Assembly: GCA_048941265.1 (NCBI GenBank)
Contig: JBHLNT010000045.1
Span: 1-26,885, forward strand
Origin: Promethearchaeota archaeon
GTDB lineage: Archaea; Asgardarchaeota; Lokiarchaeia; Sigyniarchaeales; SOKP01
Length of the DNA stretch: 26,885 bases
Direction: 5' to 3'
Under the pieces are notes generated by a model, which was given only the letters and a program-made list of their open reading frames with translations, was not told the origin of the DNA and did no database searches. The position numbers and the translations under genes are program-made. Of this stretch, positions 8,390 through 18,359 are shown piece after piece (position 1 is the first letter of the stretch; the number at the start of each line of letters is the position of its first letter).

Positions 8390-8668
8390 TATAAAATACC
8401 CCTTCTTTTCTTTATTACCTTGATTTTGGATTTTGGGGAGAATTTACATTATAGTATCTTTATTATAAGTATTACTTTTAACTTGTATATAAAGCTTCTA
8501 TAATAGAATTAAGTATTAGGAATTTGTAAATTTAAGAATAAATTTGCTACCAATTGAAAATTATTGATTTAATCCTTTATATTCCTAAAAGAATAAGAAT
8601 CTTCAGGACTTCTCCTCTAAATCAATAGAAGTTAAATCTTTAAATTAAATAAAATAGGACTAATTATT

Positions 8669-9691
8669 ATGGTATCATTACGTATTTTTTATTCAAGAAC
8701 GCCAAGAATTAAAGATAGTAGTGGTAACATTAAATCAAATAGCGTTACCTCTTTAGAAAAGGTAAAAATAGGAGGTATGGATCAGTGGATAATTATCCGT
8801 GGGCATGATAAGGGCAATCCGATTCTCTTATTTTTACATGGGGGTCCCGGTAGTACTGAAGGTCCATTTGCCTACAAATTTCAGAGAGGTTTAGAAGAGC
8901 ACTTTATAGTGGTAAACTGGGACCAAAGAGGTGCTGGTAAATCATATTCTAGGAGAATTCCAAAAGAGAGCATGAATATTGAGCAATTTATATTGGATAC
9001 TCATGAATTAATCCAGTTGCTATTAAATCGGTTTAATAAAAAAAAATTATTTCTGATAGGCCATTCATGGGGTAGCATTTTAGGAACTTTAGTCGTTTCA
9101 CGATACCCAGAGCTTATTCAAGCTTATGTTGGCATTGGACAAGTTGTAAATATATTGGAAAACGAAAAATTATCTTATAAATATACCATTGATCAAGCTA
9201 AAGAACGAGGTAATAAAAAGGCTCTTAAACAACTTATAAAACTTGAACCATATCCTGAAAAGGATATCAACGATACAAAAACATTAAGAAAGCAAAGAAA
9301 ATGGCTCATGAAGTTTAATGGCGTTATGCATAACGAAACAAGCTGGTGGCCCTATATTAAAATTGCTCTTGGGTCTCCTGAATATTCACTTAAAGATATG
9401 ATTAAATTTATTAGAGGTTTGAAGTTTTCCATGGAGATTATGTGGTCCCAACTATTCGAAATTGACTTTCTCAAGCAAATATCCGAACTAAAAGTTCCAG
9501 TCTATATTTGCATGGGTCGTTATGATTATAATACTCCCTTCGAACTTGCAGAGAACTATTTTAATCAATTAAAAGCTCCAAAGAAACAATTTATATGGTT
9601 CGAGGATTCTGCTCACTTGTTAAATACTGAAGAGTATGAAAAATTTAATAACTTTCTTATTGATGTAGTATTACATGAAACAACTACATAG
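8669..9691 (+). CDS. Alpha/beta hydrolase (proline iminopeptidase-like)
   Basis: HGGPG, WDQRGAGKS, nucleophile GHSWG, GRYD acid and FEDSAH histidine. Confidence 0.9.
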   Translation: MVSLRIFYSRTPRIKDSSGNIKSNSVTSLEKVKIGGMDQWIIIRGHDKGNPILLFLHGGPGSTEGPFAYKFQRGLEEHFIVVNWDQRGAGKSYSRRIPKESMNIEQFILDTHELIQLLLNRFNKKKLFLIGHSWGSILGTLVVSRYPELIQAYVGIGQVVNILENEKLSYKYTIDQAKERGNKKALKQLIKLEPYPEKDINDTKTLRKQRKWLMKFNGVMHNETSWWPYIKIALGSPEYSLKDMIKFIRGLKFSMEIMWSQLFEIDFLKQISELKVPVYICMGRYDYNTPFELAENYFNQLKAPKKQFIWFEDSAHLLNTEEYEKFNNFLIDVVLHETTT

Positions 9692-9702
9692 GTGTTATCA
9701 AA

Positions 9703-10599
9703 TTGAACGATATTGATAAATATAGAAAAAAAATAGTATTAAAAGATGGAAGAATTTTAGGATATGCGGAATTAGGTAATATTAATGGAAAACCCGTTTT
9801 TTATTTTAATGGTTTTCCAGGATCAAGATTGGAAGCAAGAGCTGGTGAGCAAGGATTAGAAAAAAGCGGAATCCGTCTAATTTCTATCGATCGACCGGGA
9901 TTAGGACTCTCAGATCCCAAACCAAAAAGAACCTTTTTAGATTGGCCGGATGATGTACTTGAGCTTGCCGATGCTTTAAATATCGAGAAATTTGCCGTTA
10001 TCGGTATTTCAGGGGGAGGTCCATATTCATTAGCCTGTGCTTATAAAATTCCAGCAAAACGACTCGTAACTGCTGCGATTTGTGGAGGTATGGGGCCGTT
10101 GGAAGCAGGAACAGAGGGAATGAAAAAAAGCAATCGTGTTTTATTTACCATAGCTAAAAAAATTCCCTGGCTACTAAGATTTTTAATGTGGTTTGGTTTT
10201 AGTAGGAAATGCAAAAGTGTTGAAGATGCGCAAAAACTCCTTTTAGAAAATTTAAATGATTTTCCAGAAGCTGATCAAAAACTATTTCAAGATCCACGGT
10301 TGAATAGACTTTTTGCTGAGGAAACATTTGAAGCGTTTCTTCAAGGTTCTAAATGGGTTGCACATGAAGGTAAACTCTATGCACGATACTGGGGATTCAA
10401 ACTCGAAGATATTTCTCCTGAAATAAAAGTATTTATTTTTCATGGCGAAATTGATGATCAAGTTCCCATTGGCATGGCTCGATATATGGAAAAACGCATT
10501 CCTAACTGTGAAGCAATCTATTTTCCTAATGAAACCCACTATGGGGCGGCTCTCAATCATATAGAAGAAATGGTCAGTAAAATCTCTAATTTAATATAA
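9703..10599 (+). CDS. Alpha/beta hydrolase
   Basis: NGFPGSRLE, DRPGLGLS, nucleophile GISGG, HGEIDD and NETH. TTG start after SD AGGTG (9690-9694). Confidence 0.9.
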   Translation: MNDIDKYRKKIVLKDGRILGYAELGNINGKPVFYFNGFPGSRLEARAGEQGLEKSGIRLISIDRPGLGLSDPKPKRTFLDWPDDVLELADALNIEKFAVIGISGGGPYSLACAYKIPAKRLVTAAICGGMGPLEAGTEGMKKSNRVLFTIAKKIPWLLRFLMWFGFSRKCKSVEDAQKLLLENLNDFPEADQKLFQDPRLNRLFAEETFEAFLQGSKWVAHEGKLYARYWGFKLEDISPEIKVFIFHGEIDDQVPIGMARYMEKRIPNCEAIYFPNETHYGAALNHIEEMVSKISNLI

Positions 10600-10661
10600 A
10601 TTTTAATTTAAGAAGCAAAAAAAAATTTTTAATTTAAAATAATTATTAGGTTTGATGTATT

Positions 10662-11819
10662 TTGGAATCCATGAATAAAGATCTTGAAATCAAAACCGAG
10701 CAATATAGAAAAATTTCACTAAGAGAATTTGGAGGTGCTTTTGGAGATTGGGGGACTTTAGTTCCATTTATCATAGGATATGTGCTAATTGTAGGATTAA
10801 ATCCCGCTGGTATCTTTTTATGCTTAGGCATTACAAATATTGTATTAGGAATAAAATATAATCTCCCTTTACCAGTTCAACCTCAAAAGACGATTGGTGC
10901 TGTAGCATTAGCTCAGAAATGGACTCCATCGCTCGTAATTTCTACAGGTTTCGGAACCGGAATAATATGGACTATTCTTGGATTTTCTAAAAAGCTGAAT
11001 AAAATTGTTGAAAAAGTCCCTACAATCGCAGTGAGAGGCATCCAACTTGGTTTGGGATTAATTCTTGGTTGGGCAGCAATTTTATTATTTATCGATAATT
11101 TAATACTTGGATTCATTGCTGTTGCAATAATTCTAGTATTTATTAAAAACAAACGAATTCCTTCAGCGATAATACTCATGTTTATGGGTTATTTTATAAT
11201 TTTTTATACAGGGGCAGTTGTAGTTTCAGATATTATGTTTCAATTGCCATCTTTCACAGTCTATATCCCCAATTGGCAAGATTTAGTCATTGGTATGTTA
11301 CTTGCTGGAATTGCCCAATTATTTCTTACATTAACAAATGTTATGATTGCTACAGTTAATTTGGCCAAAGACCTATTTCCTGAGAAAAAAGATTCTATTG
11401 ATGCTAATTCATTAGCATTTAATATGGGTGTCATGAATCTAATTAATCCATTTATAGGTGGCATACCTCTATGTCACGGTTCAGGAGGATTAGCAGCTCA
11501 GTACGCCTTTGGAGCTCGTACTGGAGGTTCAATGATTTTTGAGGGAATCCTAGAGATTATTCTTGGATTATTTTTTTCCTATACTTTATTTTTACTATTT
11601 ACTTCGTTTCCAAAAGCAATTTTAGGTGCCATGCTTCTCTATACTGCGTTTTTATTAGGAAGGATTGCTTTTAAAGATTTTAAACCCAATACTTTGCCTA
11701 TAATAGGAATTTCTGCAGTACTATGTTTTTTTATCAATATTACGATTGGCTTTATCGTAGGTTTAATATTATATTTAATCTTTAAGAAAAAAATTGAGGA
11801 ATCCAAAGAAGATTCTTAA
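10662..11819 (+). CDS. MOT1-family molybdate (oxyanion) transporter
   Basis: GAFGDWGT, PLPVQPQK and PLCHGSGGLAAQYAFGARTGGS motifs. Alternative start ATG at 10671. Confidence 0.88.
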   Translation: MESMNKDLEIKTEQYRKISLREFGGAFGDWGTLVPFIIGYVLIVGLNPAGIFLCLGITNIVLGIKYNLPLPVQPQKTIGAVALAQKWTPSLVISTGFGTGIIWTILGFSKKLNKIVEKVPTIAVRGIQLGLGLILGWAAILLFIDNLILGFIAVAIILVFIKNKRIPSAIILMFMGYFIIFYTGAVVVSDIMFQLPSFTVYIPNWQDLVIGMLLAGIAQLFLTLTNVMIATVNLAKDLFPEKKDSIDANSLAFNMGVMNLINPFIGGIPLCHGSGGLAAQYAFGARTGGSMIFEGILEIILGLFFSYTLFLLFTSFPKAILGAMLLYTAFLLGRIAFKDFKPNTLPIIGISAVLCFFINITIGFIVGLILYLIFKKKIEESKEDS

Positions 11820-11932
11820 TCTTATATTCTTTGGATAAAAATTAATTCCCTAAATCTTGTTAATTTTTTCACTTTATCAAATGATTTAGGTTTTTCCTCT
11901 TCAAGGTATTAAAAGAAATTAAATTGGGTTTT

Positions 11933-13084
11933 TTATTTATTATTTTGTCGTCTGTCTTCTTTCTTTTTTTTCCTTTCTGCCTTTTTTTTAATCGGACATT
12001 GTACAGGTCCAGATAAAACAGACATATAGCATTGATTACAACTCGTACAAAATGGTGGCGAGAGATCACCACTTTTCCAACGATTTGGAAGGTCAGGTTC
12101 ATAAATCAAAGGTCTGCTCATTGCAATAAAATCAATAGTTTTTTCTTGGAGCAGTTTTTCAGCTTTTAATGGATTTCTAACTCCACCCATTAATATAATT
12201 GGTCGATCTTTCATGACTGGTTTTATTGCCTTAACATTAGGGAGGAAGTAATTTTCATCATCAGGTTCTTTGATTATTATACTCGGATAATTTTTTCCTG
12301 GGGTCAATAATGTATCTCCTGACCCTCCACTGGGTTCTATTGCATCATATCCGGTGTCTATCATGATTTTTGTTATTTCTATTCCTTCTTCTATTGTTAT
12401 ACCACCTTCAACAAAATCGTTTGTTTGCAATTTAAGAAAAATTGGAAAATCTTTTCCAAGCTCATCTCTAAATTGATTGTAAATATCTACTAAAATCCTG
12501 CAACGATTTTTAGTATCTCCCCCATATTCATCAGTTCGATTATTTGTGTAGGGAGAAAGAAAATTAGTGAGCAACCACCCGTGGCCTGCATTTAATTGAA
12601 CCATATCATAACCACTTTCATAAGCTCTGCGAGCAGCATTTACAAAATTTTTAATTACCTCTTTCACTTCTTCATTTGATAACTCACGAGGAATTTTTTT
12701 ACTTACTTTATACATTATTGCCGAGGGTCCAACCGGATTACCTGTTTGTCGACCAGCATGACTAAGTTGAGCCGCAATTTTAACATCGGAGTAGTCATGT
12801 ATAGCACCAACTAAATTTTTTTGACCTGAGATAAAAGAATCATCAAACATACAAGCTTGACCTCTCCCAGCTTTACCTGGTAGATCTATAGAGATTATTC
12901 CTGTAATTATTAATCCCGTTCCACCTTTAGCTAAGTCAGTATAATATTTAATCATGGCATCAGTAACATAACCATCATCAGTTGCTGATCGAGTATACGT
13001 AGCAGATCGTACAATTCTATTTTTGATTTCGATATTTCCTATTTTTCCCGGACTAAAAAGTGTTTTTAACTCGATTTTAATCAT
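11933..13084 (-). CDS. NADH:flavin oxidoreductase (Old Yellow Enzyme family) with C-terminal Cys motif
   Basis: IKNRIVRSAT, AKGGTGLIITG, QLSHAGRQ, FLSPYTNNRTDEYGG, SRPLIYEPDLP and CTSCNQC...C. Confidence 0.93.
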   Translation of the reverse strand: MIKIELKTLFSPGKIGNIEIKNRIVRSATYTRSATDDGYVTDAMIKYYTDLAKGGTGLIITGIISIDLPGKAGRGQACMFDDSFISGQKNLVGAIHDYSDVKIAAQLSHAGRQTGNPVGPSAIMYKVSKKIPRELSNEEVKEVIKNFVNAARRAYESGYDMVQLNAGHGWLLTNFLSPYTNNRTDEYGGDTKNRCRILVDIYNQFRDELGKDFPIFLKLQTNDFVEGGITIEEGIEITKIMIDTGYDAIEPSGGSGDTLLTPGKNYPSIIIKEPDDENYFLPNVKAIKPVMKDRPIILMGGVRNPLKAEKLLQEKTIDFIAMSRPLIYEPDLPNRWKSGDLSPPFCTSCNQCYMSVLSGPVQCPIKKKAERKKKKEDRRQNNK

Positions 13085-13222
13085 CTCTTTAATTTAGTTT
13101 TATGATAAAATTTCATTTTGAGAGAATTTAAAATTAATTATGATTTTTCCTTTTTATAGGAAATTAGAAAAATTTAAAATTACAAAGCTAGTACTTTAAA
13201 ACTAAGATTAATATGAGGGATT

Positions 13223-14674
13223 ATGTTGATAAATTATACTAAATTTGTAAGAAATTATATCGAAACTAATCAGGATAGGTTAATAAATATTAGTGACCAA
13301 ATATGGGAATTTGCTGAAACAGGATTGGAAGAGTACAAATCTTCAGCATTATTGATTAAAACCTTGAAAGAAGCGGGCTTTAAGGTTGAGGAAGGAGTAG
13401 CTGATATGCCTACGGCATTTACAGCTACCTATGGATCTGATAAACCTATTATTGCCATCTTAGGTGAATACGATGCATTACCTGGTCTAAGCCAAGTAGC
13501 TGAACCAACCCAAAAACCTCTAAAAGAAGGGGCTCCTGGTCATGGTTGTGGTCATAACCTCCTGGGAACAGGTGCTTTAGGCTGTGTTTTAGCAGTCAAA
13601 GAAGCCATTAGTGCTGGAGTTGCGAAAGGAACAATTAGGTTTTATGGATGTCCTGCCGAGGAAAGTTTTAATACTAAAGGTTGGATGGCTGTAAATAGTC
13701 TTTTTGATGATGTTGATATTACTTTAACATGGCATCCAGGGTTTTTAAACATGTTAAATGTGTGGTCTGCTTTAGCATTAAACTCGGTGGTATTTAAATT
13801 CTATGGTAAAACCGCTCACGCTGCTGGTGATCCCCATAATGGCCGCAGCGCTTTAGATGCAGTTGAGCTCATGAACGTAGGTGTTAACTACCTTAGAGAA
13901 CATATGATAAGTGATGCGAGAATTCACTATGTTATCACTGATGGTGGAAAAGCCCCTAATGTTGTCCCGGAATTTGCAGAAGTTTGGTATTATGTCCGTG
14001 CGCCTCAGCGCTATTTAGTTGAAGAACTATATAAAAGAGTAGTGAATATTGCAAAAGGTGCAGAACTAATGACAGAAACAAGATTAGAAATTGAATTTCT
14101 AAGTGGATGTTATAACCATCTTCATAATGAAATAGTTGGTGATGTTTTATATGAGAGCATGAGAAAGATTGGTCATCCTAAGTTTAATAAACAAGAAAGA
14201 AAATTTGCTGAAGAAATACAGAAATCCATCAATCCTAAATGGATGGATGCCTATACAAGATATATTCCTGAGGATCTTAGAGAATTTGCCATGTCTGTCT
14301 TAAGCCAACCTTTAAATAACATGATAGTACCAATCCTTGGCAGAGGTCAAAGCGCACCAGGATCAACTGATGTAGCAGATGTAAGTTGGTTCACACCCTT
14401 AGGAGAATTTGGAACTGCATGTTCGGTAATGGGTTCTCCAGGTCATTCATGGCAAAATACAGCGACATCTGGAATGAGCATAGGACATAAAGGAATGTTG
14501 GCAGCTGCTAAAGTTTTGGCATTATCTGCGCTGAAATTCATGAATGATCCGGAGCTAGTTGAAAAAGCACAAACGGAATTTAAAAAAAAAATAACACAAA
14601 CTCCTTACAAATCTCCATTTCCTGAAGGATTTAAACCTCCCTATCATCGATTAAAAAAGTTAACTCAAAATTAA
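13223..14674 (+). CDS. abgB: M20-family amidohydrolase, p-aminobenzoyl-glutamate hydrolase subunit B-like
   Basis: GEYDALPGLSQ, GHGCGHNLLG, GCPAEE, GRSALDAVELMNVGVNYLREH, GSTDVADVSW and HSWQ. The start may be TTG at 13226. Confidence 0.85.
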   Translation: MLINYTKFVRNYIETNQDRLINISDQIWEFAETGLEEYKSSALLIKTLKEAGFKVEEGVADMPTAFTATYGSDKPIIAILGEYDALPGLSQVAEPTQKPLKEGAPGHGCGHNLLGTGALGCVLAVKEAISAGVAKGTIRFYGCPAEESFNTKGWMAVNSLFDDVDITLTWHPGFLNMLNVWSALALNSVVFKFYGKTAHAAGDPHNGRSALDAVELMNVGVNYLREHMISDARIHYVITDGGKAPNVVPEFAEVWYYVRAPQRYLVEELYKRVVNIAKGAELMTETRLEIEFLSGCYNHLHNEIVGDVLYESMRKIGHPKFNKQERKFAEEIQKSINPKWMDAYTRYIPEDLREFAMSVLSQPLNNMIVPILGRGQSAPGSTDVADVSWFTPLGEFGTACSVMGSPGHSWQNTATSGMSIGHKGMLAAAKVLALSALKFMNDPELVEKAQTEFKKKITQTPYKSPFPEGFKPPYHRLKKLTQN

Positions 14675-14972
14675 AAACCTAAAGCTATAATGAAGAATAA
14701 ATACAATTTTGGAATTTAAAATGTTTCATTTTTTTTCTCCTTATACATATTTCTCGATTTGAACTATATATTTCTAATTTTCCTTATGTCTATTGTTATA
14801 TTTTATAATAGAAAAGAAAAAAAAGAATCAATACATTTATTTAACTGAAGAACACATGGTAATTATAGGACTAACATATCTGTAAAAATTTATTTATTAA
14901 AAATGCTAGAGAATTGAATTAAAATATTTATTTAGGGGATAAAATAAATAATTATCATTATAAAAATTAAAA

Positions 14973-17867
14973 ATGACTGAAGACCCTTCTAAAACAGATG
15001 ATTCTGATACTAAAAGATATAGGCAAGCAGAAGAAGCCTTAAGGGAATCAGAGGCACGATACCGCAGTTTATTTGAAAATTCACCAACTTCATTATGGGA
15101 AGAAGATTTCTCTGCAGTAAAAACCCGTATAGATTATTTAAAATCTTCCGGAATAAACGATTTCCGAATTTATTTTAATATTCATCCAGAGGAAGTTTCT
15201 AAATGTGCTTCTCTTGTGAAAATACTTGATATTAATAAAGCAACTATAGAATTACTTGAAGCTAAGAATAAAGATGAGGTTTTTGGGGGATTAACTAAAA
15301 TTTTTACTAAAGAGAGCTTAGAAATATTTAAGGAAGAATTAATAGCACTTATAGAGGGCAAAAGTTCATTTGAATCAGAAGCACCTCATCTAACTCTAAA
15401 AGGAAATGTTAAAAAAGTGATCGTAAAATTAACTTTAATCCCTGAATATGCTAAAACTTGGTCAAAATTATTTATTTCTATTACAGATATTACCAAACGT
15501 AAAGAAATTGAAAAAAAGTACATAGAAAATGCTAAAAAATTGGAAGTTTTCAACAATATTATGATTGCTACTAATGAGGTTAAAAGCTTGCCTTCATTAG
15601 TGAAACAAATTCTCGATTTAACTCTCGATTTAATGGATTTCGAAGGTGGAGGAGTATATTTACTAAATGAAAAAACTAGAATGGCTGAACTTATCTATCA
15701 CAATGGACTTCCGGCTGATCTCATTGAGGATGTAAAATATGTCAAGATTGATGAAGCGCCTTACAATTTGATCTTTATTAAAAAAGAGCCGATCTTTTCT
15801 GATAACTATCGGATTCTTGATCCTGAACGGTCAGAAAAGTGGGGAATCTTATCTGTAGCTAGTATTCCACTTGTTTCTAAAAACAAGGTCATTGGAGCTT
15901 TAAATATAGCTTCAAAAAGCCGTTTTATTTTTTCTGAAGAGGAAAAAGATTTATTATCGTCAATAGGTAGAGAATTTGGAACTGCAATCATGAATATTCA
16001 AACTGAAAATGCATTAAAACAAAGTCAAACAAATTTAGAAACACTCTTTAATTCCATAAATGAATATATCTTCGTCATTGATCTGGAAGGACACATTTTG
16101 AGAATAAATCGAAAAGTTATAGATAATATGGGATATTCAGAGGAAGATATACGGAATATGCATATTTTGGATTTATATCCTCCAGAACGACACAAAGAGG
16201 CAATAAAAATCTTAGCAGATATGATAACAGGTAAAATTGATTCATGCAATATTCCTATACAAACAAGGAATAGCAAATTAATTCCAGTTGAATCAAAATT
16301 TTCTAAAGGTTTCTGGGGAAATCAAGAAGTTTTATTTGGCATCTCTCGAGACATCACCGAACGTATAAAAGTGGAAGAAATCATAAGGGAATCTGAAGAA
16401 AAGTTTAGAACTATAGCTGAACAGAGTCTAATGGGCGTAGCAATTATCCAAGATGATGTAGTAAAATACATCAATCAGCAACATGCTGACTTATTGGGCT
16501 ATTCCGTTGAAGAGATATTAAATTGGCAACCTGGTGAATTTTTCAAAGTAATCCATCCTGATGATAAAAAGATGATTTTAGAACAAGCACAAAAGAGAAC
16601 TGATGAATCTGAAACAGGTATAAGAAACTATATAGCAAGAGGAGTTCATAGAAGTGGACGGATTATTTGGTTAGAAGTATGGTTTAAAACAATAAAATAT
16701 CAGAATAGAAATGCTTTTTTAACCACATATATAGACATTACCGAAAAAAGAAAAGCAGAAAAAAGTTTAAGAGAATCAGAAGAAAAATATAGATATCTTT
16801 TCGAAAATGCGCCATCTTCTATTATATTAATAGACACTAATGGTAATATAAGGGATGTTAATCCTAGAACTTTAGAATTAACCGGATACAAAAAAGAAGA
16901 ATTAATCGGCAGGAATTATCTCGAATTAAGAGATTTGGGTGAACCAATAGCTGAAAAATATATTCCAAGACTTGTTAAAAGATTTGATAGATTAGTTCAA
17001 GGACAACGATTACCTCCTGTCGAATTAAAAATAAAAACAAAAGACAGTAACTTTTTATGGTTTAATTTTCAGACCAATGTCATAAAAATAGGGGAAGAAC
17101 TATTTTTACAAACAATTGGGCATGACATAACAGAAGAGAGAAAGATTCAGGATAATTTAATTAAAGCCTCCAATAAGGCAAACTTTTATAAGGACCTCTT
17201 TGCTCATGATATGAAAAATATATTAACTGCCATATCTGGTTCGGCTGAGCTTTATTCATTGTATAAAGACAAATCTGATAAATTAAAGCAGGTAGATAGC
17301 TTATTTGATATAGTAAGAGAACAAACAGATAGAGGAGCTTTATTAATTTCAAATGTACAAAAATTATCTAAGATCGAAGAATCAGAAATTTCTATAGAAG
17401 ATATTGATATAAACGAAATATTAAATGATGGGATTGAATTTATTCTTAACAGCTATAAAAATAGAGAAATTAAGGTTAATATTGCTGCAAAAGAAGCAAA
17501 ATACTATGCTCAGGCAAATGAATTACTTTTGGATGTATTTGAGAATATATTAATTAATTCAGTAAAACATAATGATAATCCTACTGTTGAGATTCAAATT
17601 AAAATCTCAAAGGAAAAGAAGAAGGAAAAAAAATATTTGAAAATTGAATTTATAGATAATGGTAGGGGAATACCAGACGCAAGAAAAGAGACGATTTTTC
17701 AGAGAGTCTCAAATCAACAAAGATCTATAAGTGGAATGGGTCTCGGATTATCTTTAGTTAAATTTATAATTGATTCCTATCATGGAGATATCCTGGTTGA
17801 AGATAGAATCAGGGGTAATTACACTAAAGGAAGTAATTTTATCATTTTAATTCCAGAAGCCGAATAA
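14973..17867 (+). CDS. Soluble sensor histidine kinase, PAS-GAF-PAS-PAS-PAS-HisKA-HATPase
   Basis: Four PAS/PAC units ending in DIT, GAF (SIPLVSKNKVIGALNI), H-box AHDMKN, N-box ENILINSVKH, DNGRGI and GMGLGL. No TM segments. Confidence 0.93.
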   Translation: MTEDPSKTDDSDTKRYRQAEEALRESEARYRSLFENSPTSLWEEDFSAVKTRIDYLKSSGINDFRIYFNIHPEEVSKCASLVKILDINKATIELLEAKNKDEVFGGLTKIFTKESLEIFKEELIALIEGKSSFESEAPHLTLKGNVKKVIVKLTLIPEYAKTWSKLFISITDITKRKEIEKKYIENAKKLEVFNNIMIATNEVKSLPSLVKQILDLTLDLMDFEGGGVYLLNEKTRMAELIYHNGLPADLIEDVKYVKIDEAPYNLIFIKKEPIFSDNYRILDPERSEKWGILSVASIPLVSKNKVIGALNIASKSRFIFSEEEKDLLSSIGREFGTAIMNIQTENALKQSQTNLETLFNSINEYIFVIDLEGHILRINRKVIDNMGYSEEDIRNMHILDLYPPERHKEAIKILADMITGKIDSCNIPIQTRNSKLIPVESKFSKGFWGNQEVLFGISRDITERIKVEEIIRESEEKFRTIAEQSLMGVAIIQDDVVKYINQQHADLLGYSVEEILNWQPGEFFKVIHPDDKKMILEQAQKRTDESETGIRNYIARGVHRSGRIIWLEVWFKTIKYQNRNAFLTTYIDITEKRKAEKSLRESEEKYRYLFENAPSSIILIDTNGNIRDVNPRTLELTGYKKEELIGRNYLELRDLGEPIAEKYIPRLVKRFDRLVQGQRLPPVELKIKTKDSNFLWFNFQTNVIKIGEELFLQTIGHDITEERKIQDNLIKASNKANFYKDLFAHDMKNILTAISGSAELYSLYKDKSDKLKQVDSLFDIVREQTDRGALLISNVQKLSKIEESEISIEDIDINEILNDGIEFILNSYKNREIKVNIAAKEAKYYAQANELLLDVFENILINSVKHNDNPTVEIQIKISKEKKKEKKYLKIEFIDNGRGIPDARKETIFQRVSNQQRSISGMGLGLSLVKFIIDSYHGDILVEDRIRGNYTKGSNFIILIPEAE

Positions 17868-17909
17868 TCTTATTCTATTATGCAATATAAGAATAATAAA
17901 AATACTCTC

Positions 17910-17935
17910 TCTATTCCTTAATATTATGGAATAGA
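17910..17935. repeat. 26-bp near-perfect palindrome
   Basis: TCTATTCCTTAATATTATGGAATAGA: 24/26 positions self-complementary. Confidence 0.7.
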
Positions 17936-18034
17936 AATATTACCTTCAACTAAACCATAAAGCTGAAATAAATAGTAAGATTTACTATTAACTAAATATT
18001 TTAGGTTATTTGTATAGCGAGAATGTGAAAAAGA

Positions 18035-18304
18035 TTGAAAGCAATAGTTTCTGTTATAGGATTGGATAAACCTGGAATTGTGGCTGGTGTATCAACGGTG
18101 TTGGCAAATCATAATGTAAATATTACCGATATATCCCAATCTTATGCTCAAGAATTCTTTACTATGATAATGGTTGTCGATTTTGAAAAAAGTAAATCCT
18201 CTCTCAAAGAAGTCAATGATGAACTCAAAAAATTAGGTGAAGAGATTGGGATATTCGTTTCTATCCAACATGAGGATGTATTTAAGGCTATGCATCGAAT
18301 TTAA
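18035..18304 (+). CDS. ACT-domain protein (UPF0237-like)
   Basis: VIGLDKPGIVAGVS...NITDISQ...FFTMIM...QHEDVFKAMHRI. This is the usual upstream partner of DUF711. Confidence 0.92.
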   Translation: MKAIVSVIGLDKPGIVAGVSTVLANHNVNITDISQSYAQEFFTMIMVVDFEKSKSSLKEVNDELKKLGEEIGIFVSIQHEDVFKAMHRI

Positions 18305-18359
18305 ATTTTTAATCAATAAAGTTCTATTTCAATATAATTTAATAGGGTGAGAAATTAAA

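Noticed and set aside
11933-11990. Lys/Arg-rich tail of the OYE (KKKAERKKKKEDRR) as an NLS-like signal
   Set aside because: Basic tails arise easily from A-rich sequence in low-GC genomes, and there is no independent support.
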